Shown piece by piece: positions 42,727 to 50,118 of a stretch of DNA of 64,000 bases. Made by a program: the position numbers and the translations under genes. Within the stretch, counting starts at the first letter, position 1. Every line of letters begins with the position of its first letter. Source of the stretch: a virus; the IMG/VR virus record IMGVR_UViG_3300048904_000261. One strand, 5' to 3'. The notes under the pieces are model-generated. The model ran no database searches and was not told the DNA's origin. It saw only the letters and a list, made by a program, of their open reading frames with translations.

Positions 42727-42991
42727 ACGGTTTGATCTTCCGGAGCCGACGAGCTGGATTCTGTATTGCGAATGCGGCCAGATCTTCGGTTCGGTCAACG
42801 CCAACACCATCGAGAATTGTGTCGGCGACATCCTCGACACGCACCGCGAGCACGTGCGGACTGTCACCGGGTACCTCGCCCTTGAACTTGACGTGGAACC
42901 GCTCAACCCGAACCGCACGCTTATCCAGCGCGCCTGCGACGTGAATCAAAAACTTTACGATCTGCCGGAGAGCAAGGAAGGTTACCCATGA
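42704..42991 (+). CDS. Hypothetical protein
   Basis: Internal ATG of ORF 42677..42991. 95 aa. Confidence 0.45.
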   Translation: MAHVLIRKRFDLPEPTSWILYCECGQIFGSVNANTIENCVGDILDTHREHVRTVTGYLALELDVEPLNPNRTLIQRACDVNQKLYDLPESKEGYP

Positions 42992-43215
42992 CATTCGCCG
43001 AAGCTGAGGCCGCGCTGAAGATGGCGCCAGAGGACGATCAACTCTCCCAGGTCGAGCCGAACATGACGCGGCGAAATCTCAAATACAACGCGCTGCGCGC
43101 CCTGAACAATCTGAAGCACCGCTTCGCCGTCACCCCGATTCAGGATAACTTCGCGCATTACATCGCGCAGATCGCCCAGGACTGGACCGATCCAGTGACC
43201 CTCTACTATTTATGA
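42988..43215 (+). CDS. Hypothetical small protein
   Basis: 75-aa ORF with an ATGA overlap. Confidence 0.5.
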   Translation: MTFAEAEAALKMAPEDDQLSQVEPNMTRRNLKYNALRALNNLKHRFAVTPIQDNFAHYIAQIAQDWTDPVTLYYL

Positions 43216-43234
43216 CCCTCACCAATTCGGCGGG

Positions 43235-43771
43235 GTGCTCTGCACCTGGAACACGGAGGAGCTGGCGAAGAGGAAAGCCAAGGTGGAAAGCGGTTACCAG
43301 AACGCCGCCGAATTCCTGGGCTCGCACTTCGGACCAAACGAGGTGATCAAAACCGCCAAGCAAAAAATGATGGAGGCGGCACAGGAGCGCGCCGAAACCG
43401 CCCAGGCCCGGGCAGCGAACAAGATCATCGCCGAACAGGAAACGCGCATCAGGAACATGGCTTACGGCGCAATGGGCGCGCCGGCCCCCGGAACCGATCC
43501 CTATTGGGATTCGCTGCGTGAGAAACAGCTTCGCGGGATGGCCAACTTCATGCCGAAGTTTGATCCCACCGTGATTGAGAACGTGCCGATGACCGATGAG
43601 ATCCTGGCGAAGCTTCGTCAACTTCGTCAACTCCAGGCCGCAGCTTCCACAGGTAATACGCAGAAGCGTGACAATCCGCCATCTCCACCGCCGGAACCGG
43701 AGAAGAAGCCGGAGCCCAAGCCCGATCCGAAGTCGCCCACGTTCGTTCTGAAGCGGCCGAAGCTGTGTTGA
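43235..43771 (+). CDS. Hypothetical protein, helical with Pro/Lys-rich tail
   Basis: 178-aa ORF with a GTG start. Confidence 0.5.
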   Translation: MLCTWNTEELAKRKAKVESGYQNAAEFLGSHFGPNEVIKTAKQKMMEAAQERAETAQARAANKIIAEQETRIRNMAYGAMGAPAPGTDPYWDSLREKQLRGMANFMPKFDPTVIENVPMTDEILAKLRQLRQLQAAASTGNTQKRDNPPSPPPEPEKKPEPKPDPKSPTFVLKRPKLC

Positions 43772-43796
43772 AAACGCGGGACCAACGGCTGATAAA
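43768..43796 (+). promoter_or_regulatory. Possible internal promoter ahead of the 43842 gene and the DNA methyltransferase
   Basis: TTGAAA (43768-43773), a 17-nt spacer and GATAAA (43791-43796). Confidence 0.3.
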
Positions 43797-43841
43797 AAGC
43801 CGCCCTGTCAAGTTTGGCCGGGCAAGTTACAAAGGATTTTT

Positions 43842-44075
43842 ATGAACCAGCAAAATATCTCTACGTGCGGGCTCCCGTTCGACACCCCGGAGGCAATGGT
43901 CCGAATGTTCAAGGCGCAACGATCCGGCGCCTCCCCGGAGTTTCGTCGTGTGTTGGATGGCTTGATTGAAAAGTGGGAAGGCTGGCACGGCACGACCTTT
44001 CGTTACCTCTGGCTCGGCGGCAGTGTTCGCATTGTGAATTTCGATGAGCTGAAACGGATGGTGGTGATGCTATGA
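43842..44075 (+). CDS. Hypothetical small protein
   Basis: 77-aa ORF. AAGGA lies 5 nt upstream. Preceded by promoter-like TTGAAA-17-GATAAA. Confidence 0.5.
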   Translation: MNQQNISTCGLPFDTPEAMVRMFKAQRSGASPEFRRVLDGLIEKWEGWHGTTFRYLWLGGSVRIVNFDELKRMVVML

Positions 44076-45418
44076 ACGGTGAGCCCGCAACCTACACCCT
44101 GCTGGAAGGGGACGCGCTGGAGAAACTGCGCTGGCTCGCCGATGATTCGGTTCACTGTGTCGTCACCTCACCGCCCTACTGGGGGCTGCGCGATTACAAG
44201 ACCGCCGGCCAGATTGGCCTGGAGAAAACCCCGGAGCTTTGGGTTGCGCGCCTGGTGGAAGTCTTCCGCGAAGTCCGCCGCGTCCTTCATCCGAGCGGTA
44301 CGCTCTGGCTCAACGTGGGTGACAGTTACTCTTCCGGCGATCGCGCGACGTGGCGCAGCGGAGTCTCCGACAACAAGGGCCAGCAGGTTCTTGATGACAT
44401 GCCGCGACCGAAGACCCCGCCAGGAATGAAGGCGAAGGATCTCATTGGCCTTCCCTGGATGCTCGCCTTCGCGCTGAGAGCTGATGGATGGTATCTGCGC
44501 CAAGACATCGTTTGGGCCAAGCCCTCCTGTATGCCCGAATCGGTCACCGATCGCTGCACCAAAAGCCACGAATATATTTTCCTCCTCACAAAGGAACCGC
44601 AGTATTTCTACGACATGGAAGCGATCAAGGAGCCGGTCACCGGAGGAACGCACCCGCGGCGTGAGGGAGCCAACTCGCGCATGAGCGTCGAGCGTCAACC
44701 TGGCAAGGAGAATTCCAAACCCAACCCGTCGCGCTACTCGCGGATCCCAAGCGGCTGGGACACCGGGCCTGGCAATCATCACGGGCGCTACGAGCATCAG
44801 CAGCCGAAGCTCCCCGGTGTCACCCCGAAATCGGCGCCGGCAGGCAGCGGCACCAAGGCCAACGAATCCTTTCACGCCGCTTGCGTCGATCTTGTCTCCA
44901 ACCGAAATAAGAGAAGCGTCTGGACCATCGCCAGCGAGCCTTACCCAGGCGCGCACTTCGCCACCTTCCCGACCGAGCTGCCCAAACTCTGCATTCTCGC
45001 CGGCACCAGCGCGCGCGGCGTCTGCCCTTCCTGCCTGGCGCCGTGGGAGCGTATCCTCGAGGACGGCCAGCCCGATCTCGCCCACCAGCAGGCGTGCGGC
45101 GGAGATGGCAACGGCGATTACTTCGGCAAAGCCACCAAGGATTATTCCTCCGCCAACGCCCAGGATCCAGCGGCTACCAAAGCGCGCATCCTCCGCGGCA
45201 TGGTCGAAAAGAAAACCATCGGCTGGAAACCCACGTGCGATTGTTCCGAACCTCCAATCCCCGCCACCGTCCTGGATCCTTTCGCCGGCAGCTTTACCAC
45301 GTGCGCCGTCGCCCTGGAACTTGGCCGCTCCGCCATCGGCATCGAGCTTAATCCCGACTACATCGCCCAAGGCCAGGAGCGCCTCGCCAAGGTCACACCG
45401 GGGCTGAAGCTTTTTTGA
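44072..45418 (+). CDS. DNA methyltransferase (beta-class N6-adenine/N4-cytosine type)
   Basis: 448 aa. Catalytic VVTSPPYWGLRDY (SPPY) near the N-terminus and AdoMet motif VLDPFAGSFTTCAVALELGRSAIGIE near the C-terminus. Confidence 0.85.
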   Translation: MNGEPATYTLLEGDALEKLRWLADDSVHCVVTSPPYWGLRDYKTAGQIGLEKTPELWVARLVEVFREVRRVLHPSGTLWLNVGDSYSSGDRATWRSGVSDNKGQQVLDDMPRPKTPPGMKAKDLIGLPWMLAFALRADGWYLRQDIVWAKPSCMPESVTDRCTKSHEYIFLLTKEPQYFYDMEAIKEPVTGGTHPRREGANSRMSVERQPGKENSKPNPSRYSRIPSGWDTGPGNHHGRYEHQQPKLPGVTPKSAPAGSGTKANESFHAACVDLVSNRNKRSVWTIASEPYPGAHFATFPTELPKLCILAGTSARGVCPSCLAPWERILEDGQPDLAHQQACGGDGNGDYFGKATKDYSSANAQDPAATKARILRGMVEKKTIGWKPTCDCSEPPIPATVLDPFAGSFTTCAVALELGRSAIGIELNPDYIAQGQERLAKVTPGLKLF

Positions 45419-45421
45419 ACC

Positions 45422-45706
45422 ATGACCATCGAGGCAATCGACGCAAACATAAAGTGGCTCCAGGATCGCCTCTACATGGCGCGCCGAATCCTCATGGCCG
45501 ATGGCGTCGAGCATCCCGTATTCGTCCTGCTGACAAAAACGCCGGAGGAACGCGCCAAGATCGAAAATCTTTTCCTCAACTACTACCGGTCCATGTACGG
45601 CGACATCCAATTTGTGAAGTCCATCCGGCCAGGCTCAAATTGCGCGGGCATCACCCACCTCGAATTGCCCGAACTTTGCGCCTCCATCGCTCTCATCGAC
45701 ATCTGA
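45422..45706 (+). CDS. Hypothetical protein
   Basis: 94-aa ORF. Last gene of the 38.4-45.7 kb operon. Confidence 0.5.
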   Translation: MTIEAIDANIKWLQDRLYMARRILMADGVEHPVFVLLTKTPEERAKIENLFLNYYRSMYGDIQFVKSIRPGSNCAGITHLELPELCASIALIDI

Positions 45707-45714
45707 GTAAATCG

Positions 45715-46284
45715 TCATGCCGGCGGCTGACTTTTGAATGACTCGGTGATCCTGCGCACCCGCTTCCCAACCGGCATCCCGTCCCGGTCGATCTCCCCTG
45801 CCTCCAGCTTCCGCACATACTCCCGTTCCCCAGGCAATGGCTTTCCAGACCCGCCACCTGCCGCAGCCACCTGCGCCTTTTGCCTCTCCCGCCATCGCGC
45901 CTGCGCTTCCTTGTTCTGCTGTCGCCGTTTCTCAGGATCCCTCGTCGCCCGATACTTCGCCCCGTTCACCACCAGGTAATCAAATTGCCCGATCCGCACC
46001 AGCCTCCGCCCGTCCGATTCCTTGCTCCGCGATTCTCCATCCGGCGAACACAGCATCTCGATCGCCCCTGCCACTTCCTTCTCAGGCTCCCCCAATATGA
46101 ACGCCAGCAGCTTCGGGTTCAGTTCCACCTCCATCCGCTCTCCTCCATCCCCCCGCGGCACCATGTTCGCGATCACATAACCCATAACCGCAAAGACCAC
46201 CGCCCCCTTCCCGATCATCGATCCTGTGTACATGCTCGCGTGATGCTTCCCAAACCCGACCAACGCCGGTAATGGTGATGTCAT
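45715..46284 (-). CDS. Winged-helix-like DNA-binding protein (replisome-organizer N-terminal-like / regulator candidate)
   Basis: ORF 45715..46293 (TTG). ATG at 46284. LNPKLLAFILGEPEKEVAGAIEMLCSPD...RLVRIGQFDYLVVNGAKYRATRDPEKRRQQNKEAQARWRER. The only minus-strand gene in the plus arm. Confidence 0.45.
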   Translation of the reverse strand: MTSPLPALVGFGKHHASMYTGSMIGKGAVVFAVMGYVIANMVPRGDGGERMEVELNPKLLAFILGEPEKEVAGAIEMLCSPDGESRSKESDGRRLVRIGQFDYLVVNGAKYRATRDPEKRRQQNKEAQARWRERQKAQVAAAGGGSGKPLPGEREYVRKLEAGEIDRDGMPVGKRVRRITESFKSQPPA

Positions 46285-46295
46285 TCTTCCCAACC

Positions 46296-46325
46296 CCTAT
46301 ACCAGAACCTTAAAACCGTAAGCAA
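46296..46325 (-). promoter_or_regulatory. Possible promoter of the reverse gene 45715..46284
   Basis: Minus strand TTGCTT (46325-46320), an 18-nt spacer and TATAGG (46301-46296). Confidence 0.25.
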
Positions 46326-47220
46326 GCAATAATCCGATGTAAGCACGTAATCGGCATATCAGCCGCAATCCGCCCAAGCAGAAGCAGAAGCAGAGGGGGT
46401 ACAGGGGGAGACTATCTCTCTATCCCAAAATCACCCCAAAATCGTAACTTCTCCCCAACCGCATTTTCAAGAGAGTAGAGAAGAGGGGCTTGTCAAGGAT
46501 CCCGGCGCGCGCCCGCGACCCCGGAACCCCCCCTGGGTCGAAGCCGAAATCGGCCTGGAATAGGGCTTTGGAACGTCAATTCATTCTGTAAACCCTTGCA
46601 ATCCAGCCTTGTGTGGCTTTGTCATGCCGCGGCATCCCGTCAAACCAACGGTTTCAGGCAAAAAGCCCAGTAAAATCAATGCCATGTAGCCGGTGACATG
46701 GTGAAGGAACACCGCACTCCGCCAGACCAAGCGCTGGAATACGGCATTCGTGGCAAGCGAAAACTTGCTAGTCTCTTCCCCATACAAGACTGAAAACAAC
46801 GTGGGCGTTGTAAAGTTCCAATGCCGTGGGATAACGAACCTTGCCAAAGGGATACTGAAGCAGTCAAGCCAGTCACTTCTCCCCGATAGCTGACGTTGCA
46901 AGTAAAGTTTCGAAAAGTAGCAGCAAAACACCTAGAAAGGCCAACGACACAAGCGCAATGGGCATTGTCCGAAAGGTTGCGTGATTGAGCAAAGCCGAAA
47001 GTATGGGTGAACAGGGAGTAGGGGAAAATTGCACTTTGAAACCTGGCAATACGAAGTTCCGTATACATCTTAAACTGTTACTTGCCACGCGGCATGTCAG
47101 ACAGACGGGTAAACTCACGAAGGGTACCGCTGAAAAAAACACCTAGCAAACAAGCGAACGACGGCAGGGAAAAATCATAGTAGGCCATTGAATTGGCTGA
47201 ATCCAATCTGCCGTCTGTTC

Positions 47221-47341
47221 GTTCCAATCCAATCTGAGCGCGCAAGTTCTCAGTGTGGATTGGAACTAACAAGTTCCCGATTCTGTTACACAATAAGCCA
47301 GAGTCGAAACAATCGGTACAAACCAGAAAGTACAAACAGTT
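47221..47341 (+). promoter_or_regulatory. Early leader unit 1
   Basis: Interrupted 18-bp stem 47221-47238 / 47249-47266 (GTTCCAATCCA..TGGATTGGAAC). Motif copy 1. CCAGAAAG at 47323-47330. ACAGTTATGA at 47336-47345. Confidence 0.5.
47280..47294. repeat. Junction-motif copy 1
   Basis: ATTCTGTTACACAAT followed by A (no ATG). Lies in the leader of the 47342 gene. Confidence 0.85.
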
Positions 47342-47914
47342 ATGATCAAAGAGTTAATTCAAGCGGCCGGCGCAAGTCGGAATGGCAAGTCCAAGGTTGC
47401 ATCCCTCGTGAATGCGAGCCCAGCAGTGAACGCGCGGCGCGCTCAGCCTGCATCGGTTGCGGCGCCGAAAGTCGAAGAGCCCAGTGACGCGGATATTGAC
47501 AATGGTTCGGAAGATTCGTTCGGTGACGAAGAGCACACTGCGTTGAAAGCGCGGTTCATCGATGCTTTGACCGCGCATTGCAAGGCGACGGCGCCGTTGA
47601 GTGAAGTAGTCGCCGAAATGATCGGGCAGGACATTGAAAGGGACGAAGCAATCGATTGGGGGATTGAGTCGGGATTGAGTGAAGGCTATGTCCGCTCGAC
47701 AGTCAGCAGCTTGTATATCGCGCTCACTGGCAAGCGCCAAGTCAAAGCGGGCGGCGGCCGCAAGGCGAACAAGGGCGCAAGGGCTTGCGCGATTCGGGCT
47801 CTGAAGGAATGCGAGACCGTTTCCGATGCGAAGGCATTGCTTCTCGCGGCGCGCCGGCTGATCGAAAAGTGGGAGAAGGCCGGCTCGACTGAGAAGGAAT
47901 TGGCCAAAGGATAA
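47342..47914 (+). CDS. Hypothetical early protein
   Basis: 190-aa ORF preceded by the conserved leader ACAGTTATGA. Confidence 0.6.
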   Translation: MIKELIQAAGASRNGKSKVASLVNASPAVNARRAQPASVAAPKVEEPSDADIDNGSEDSFGDEEHTALKARFIDALTAHCKATAPLSEVVAEMIGQDIERDEAIDWGIESGLSEGYVRSTVSSLYIALTGKRQVKAGGGRKANKGARACAIRALKECETVSDAKALLLAARRLIEKWEKAGSTEKELAKG

Positions 47915-47930
47915 TCCCTGGTTCCGGCTG

Positions 47931-47945
47931 ATTCTGTTACAGAAT
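47931..47945. repeat. Junction-motif copy 2 (perfect palindrome)
   Basis: ATTCTGTTACAGAAT plus G. 16 nt after the stop of the 47342 gene. Confidence 0.9.
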
Positions 47946-48043
47946 GGTGCGCTCTGCCCCGGATGTTCCACGTGGAACGTCTGCTGGGCAGAGCGCGGCA
48001 TTCACCCAAGGTGAAACCGTCGCAAGTCAAATAAACCAAGCCC

Positions 48044-48058
48044 ATTGTGTAACACAAT
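48044..48058. repeat. Junction-motif copy 3 (perfect palindrome)
   Basis: ATTGTGTAACACAAT plus G. Its ATG opens a 9-codon ORF ending in an ATGA overlap with the 48083 start. Confidence 0.9.
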
Positions 48059-48082
48059 GGCAATTCCGAAAGAACCACAGTT

Positions 48083-48457
48083 ATGAAGAACAACACCAAC
48101 ACCAACGGCACGGACAACACCAACGGCATCACGGCGGCGCTGAGCGCGGATGGCAAGTGCCTCGTGGTCTCGCTGCCCCTCATCCTGGACCAGGGCAAGA
48201 AGACCAAGAACGGCCGGAACTACGTGGCGGCGTCGAGCGGCGACTTCCCCAAGAACTGGGTCACGCTGGTCGTGGATGGGGAAGAGATCGGGTTCAACGC
48301 CATCGCGTTGGTCAAAGACCCGACGCATCCCGACAATCAGCCCAAGGTCGAGCCGGTCAAGCCCGCGATGCCCAAATTCTTCCAGAAGAAGGCCAGCTCG
48401 GGCAAGGTGCAGGGCAATGGCACGGTCAATCGCCTGAAGCCGGCCAGTGTCCAGTAA
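48083..48457 (+). CDS. Hypothetical early protein
   Basis: 124-aa ORF (MKNNTNTNGTDNTNGITAALSADGK...). Conserved leader. Its start overlaps the stop of a 9-codon upstream ORF. Confidence 0.6.
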   Translation: MKNNTNTNGTDNTNGITAALSADGKCLVVSLPLILDQGKKTKNGRNYVAASSGDFPKNWVTLVVDGEEIGFNAIALVKDPTHPDNQPKVEPVKPAMPKFFQKKASSGKVQGNGTVNRLKPASVQ

Positions 48458-48576
48458 TCGGCGGCATTGTGTGACAGAATGATCTGAGTCATGCGGTCTG
48501 CCCGGGACAGTGCACCGGGCAGCACGCAGCACTCACGCTGCAGATCAACAACCAAACCGAAAGCGAGAAAACAGTT
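48458..48576 (+). promoter_or_regulatory. Early leader unit 3
   Basis: Motif copy 4. Stem CTGCCCGG / CCGGGCAG at 48498-48505 / 48515-48522, extendable to 48492-48528. CCGAAAG at 48557-48563. ACAGTTATGA at 48571-48580. Confidence 0.55.
48466..48480. repeat. Junction-motif copy 4
   Basis: ATTGTGTGACAGAAT plus G. 9 nt after the stop of the 48083 gene. Confidence 0.9.
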
Positions 48577-48777
48577 ATGAGGAGAGTCACTGAAACCACG
48601 TGGACCTGGAGGGTGAATACACCCAACGGGATAGTCCTGATACCGGATGTCCCGGTGTCTGTCGCAATCAGACGGGCCGGGATGTTCGGGCCGGAGTCAG
48701 TCACGCCGGCGACCGAGGAAGAACACCGGAGCGCCGTCCATTCTGTCACACAATGCCAGGAAGGAGCGGGGCGATGA
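48577..48777 (+). CDS. Hypothetical early small protein
   Basis: 66-aa ORF with the conserved leader. Confidence 0.5.
   Translation: MRRVTETTWTWRVNTPNGIVLIPDVPVSVAIRRAGMFGPESVTPATEEEHRSAVHSVTQCQEGAGR
48740..48754. repeat. Junction-motif copy 5
   Basis: ATTCTGTCACACAAT plus G. Its ATG is the start of 48753..49052. Confidence 0.9.
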
Positions 48778-49052
48778 TCACCTACAAATACGACGGCGAA
48801 CCGCTCGAATGCCTGGCCAGAACGGTCGAGTTCCTGGTGATGAGCACCGATTCATGGGACGTGAACTTCGCCGTGGTCAAGGCGCTGTCTGAAACCCGGC
48901 CGTTCATCGACCAGTTCCCGGACTGGGAAGTGGACCGGCTGTTCGCGGCGGAGCTGAAGAAGAGCATCGGGTTCCGCAGTCAACGGCTCATGGCTATCCG
49001 CACCGTGCTGGGCAACCGCGTGTTCAAGGATAGCTGGTCATCCATTCTGTAA
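48753..49052 (+). CDS. Hypothetical protein
   Basis: Internal ATG of ORF 48600..49052, coinciding with junction motif 48740-48754. 99 aa. Stop TAA lies inside the next motif. Confidence 0.55.
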   Translation: MPGRSGAMITYKYDGEPLECLARTVEFLVMSTDSWDVNFAVVKALSETRPFIDQFPDWEVDRLFAAELKKSIGFRSQRLMAIRTVLGNRVFKDSWSSIL

Positions 49053-49058
49053 CACAAT
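49044..49058. repeat. Junction-motif copy 6
   Basis: ATTCTGTAACACAAT plus G. Contains the upstream stop TAA (49050-49052) and the start at 49057. Confidence 0.9.
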
Positions 49059-49485
49059 GAACACCATCACCTACACCGACGACGAAGAAGCCCGGTTCGG
49101 CCTGATCTCTGGACCATTCTGGCAAGACTGCTGCCACCATGAACCGGGCTCATACGTGGCATCGTTCGAAATCTGCAAGCCCAGCCCGATGGTCAAAGGC
49201 GGGTACAAGCAGGAGTTTTACGATCTCTACGTGTTTGAGAACCGCGGGCAGGAAATCTGCATCCGGTACGGGGCGGAGTGCTCGGAGTATATCTCGCCCG
49301 GTCACCTGGGCCAGTTCCTCACCAGGTTCACGGTGCATGAGCCATATCAGACGGCAGCCAGCATCCTGCTGCACTTCGGCATGGTTGAGTGGCGCAAGAA
49401 GGCAGCCGAAATCCTGGGCGAATTGTTCCCGCCAGCCGTGCCCCTGAACCCGGCTGATTGTGCGACACAATCGGCCGGCATTTGA
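49057..49485 (+). CDS. Hypothetical protein
   Basis: 142-aa ORF. Its start is the motif ATG (49044-49058 plus G). Confidence 0.6.
   Translation: MNTITYTDDEEARFGLISGPFWQDCCHHEPGSYVASFEICKPSPMVKGGYKQEFYDLYVFENRGQEICIRYGAECSEYISPGHLGQFLTRFTVHEPYQTAASILLHFGMVEWRKKAAEILGELFPPAVPLNPADCATQSAGI
49457..49471. repeat. Junction-motif copy 7
   Basis: ATTGTGCGACACAAT followed by C. Lies at the 3-prime end of the 49057 gene, ahead of the fourth leader. Confidence 0.8.
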
Positions 49486-49617
49486 TCCAGGACGAGCCAG
49501 ACCACCATCTTACCCCGGCATGGGGTATCAAAGCCACGCTCAGCCAAACGTCGCGAGCTGAGCGGGGCTTAATGCGGAGCGACACCAAACAGTCCGACAC
49601 CGAAAGACACCACAGTT
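49486..49617 (+). promoter_or_regulatory. Early leader unit 4
   Basis: Preceded by motif copy 7. Stems ACCCC/GGGGT (49512-49526) and CGCTCAGC/GCTGAGCG (49537-49564). CCGAAAG at 49600-49606. ACAGTTATGA at 49612-49621. Confidence 0.55.
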
Positions 49618-49917
49618 ATGAAGAACTCCACCTATCAAGATCGCGTTGACCGGATCATCGCGAAAGACCAGCTCACCGTCACGAACATGAAGGCGCTTTA
49701 CGCCGTCACCGGGGAGCGTTACCGCAACGCCGAGACTCCGGCCGATGAAGAGCGGGCAACCATCATCGCCGACAACATCAACTCCTGGCTGATCAAGGTC
49801 GCGCTGCGCCGGCACCGCAAGGAAGTGGCCGCGGCGACGGGCCCCCTCAACAATACCCTGGCTGCGCTCACCATCGGCAGGATCAAGGCGCGCCGGTTCA
49901 ACGGCAGCAAGGGATAA
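49618..49917 (+). CDS. Hypothetical early protein
   Basis: 99-aa ORF with the conserved leader. Confidence 0.6.
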   Translation: MKNSTYQDRVDRIIAKDQLTVTNMKALYAVTGERYRNAETPADEERATIIADNINSWLIKVALRRHRKEVAAATGPLNNTLAALTIGRIKARRFNGSKG

Positions 49918-49925
49918 CCTCAGCG

Positions 49926-49940
49926 ATTCTGTCACACAAT
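49926..49940. repeat. Junction-motif copy 8
   Basis: ATTCTGTCACACAAT plus G. Its ATG is the start of the unlisted 59-codon ORF. Confidence 0.9.
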
Positions 49941-50118
49941 GAACCCCGCTGAAGAGAAATACAAAGCGGCCCGGCAAGCGCACCTTGACTGTGTGCGCCG
50001 TCTCAACGTGGCCGATGGACAGAAGGCATCGGCCCAACTGCTGGCCAAGCTGCAACACGAAGTTGACGAGGCGTGGAAGGAACGCTGCCGCTGCTTCAAC
50101 GCTTACATGGAGAGCTGA
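49939..50118 (+). CDS. Hypothetical small helical protein (below ORF-track cutoff)
   Basis: 59 codons from the motif ATG (49926-49940 plus G): MNPAEEKYKAARQAHLDCVRRLNVADGQKASAQLLAKLQHEVDEAWKERCRCFNAYMES. Its stop abuts the next start at 50119. Confidence 0.5.
   Translation: MNPAEEKYKAARQAHLDCVRRLNVADGQKASAQLLAKLQHEVDEAWKERCRCFNAYMES

Larger units (their letters stand above)
47915..48082 (+). promoter_or_regulatory. Early leader unit 2
   Basis: Motif copies 2 and 3. Long stem 47949-47959 / 47986-47996 (GCGCTCTGCCC / GGGCAGAGCGC) encloses the palindrome GTTCCACGTGGAAC (47965-47978). CCGAAAG at 48066-48072. ACAGTTATGA at 48077-48086. Confidence 0.55.

Noticed and set aside
43212-43345. An ATG at 43212 overlapping the upstream stop (ATGA) as the start of the next gene.
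   Set aside because: That frame closes after about 44 codons of R/W-rich sequence. The 178-aa frame starting at GTG 43235 is the coherent one.
42758-44045. Half-site matches to the junction motif (ATTCTGT at 42758-42764; ATTGTGA near 44034).
   Set aside because: Only one arm is present, and the sites are internal to genes of the ATGA-coupled operon. Seven-mers are expected by chance.
46581-47335. Four overlapping minus-strand ORFs (46581..46931, 46676..47068, 46873..47142, 47078..47335), read as a possible broken membrane-protein gene.
   Set aside because: The frames cannot be joined into one protein by a single indel, and the composition is that of AT-rich non-coding DNA. I kept the region only as an unexplained region in the findings.
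47944-48474. 176-aa ORF starting at the ATG of junction-motif copy 2.
   Set aside because: It runs through the leader hairpin and then overlaps the well-formed 48083..48457 gene out of frame. It is rich in H, Q and R. The ATG here is probably just part of the motif.
48057-48580. Conserved leader peptide ending in ..PK...QL.
   Set aside because: The CCGAAAG and ACAGTTA boxes fall in different frames in different units, and unit 4 has no in-frame ATG. The conservation is therefore at the nucleotide level, not a shared peptide.
47948-49564. Leader hairpins as N4-type hairpin promoters for a virion RNA polymerase.
   Set aside because: N4-type promoters use short stems (5-7 bp) with 3-nt loops and conserved flanks. 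These stems are 8-18 bp with 5-12 nt or longer loops and share no sequence. No virion RNA polymerase is identifiable in the window.
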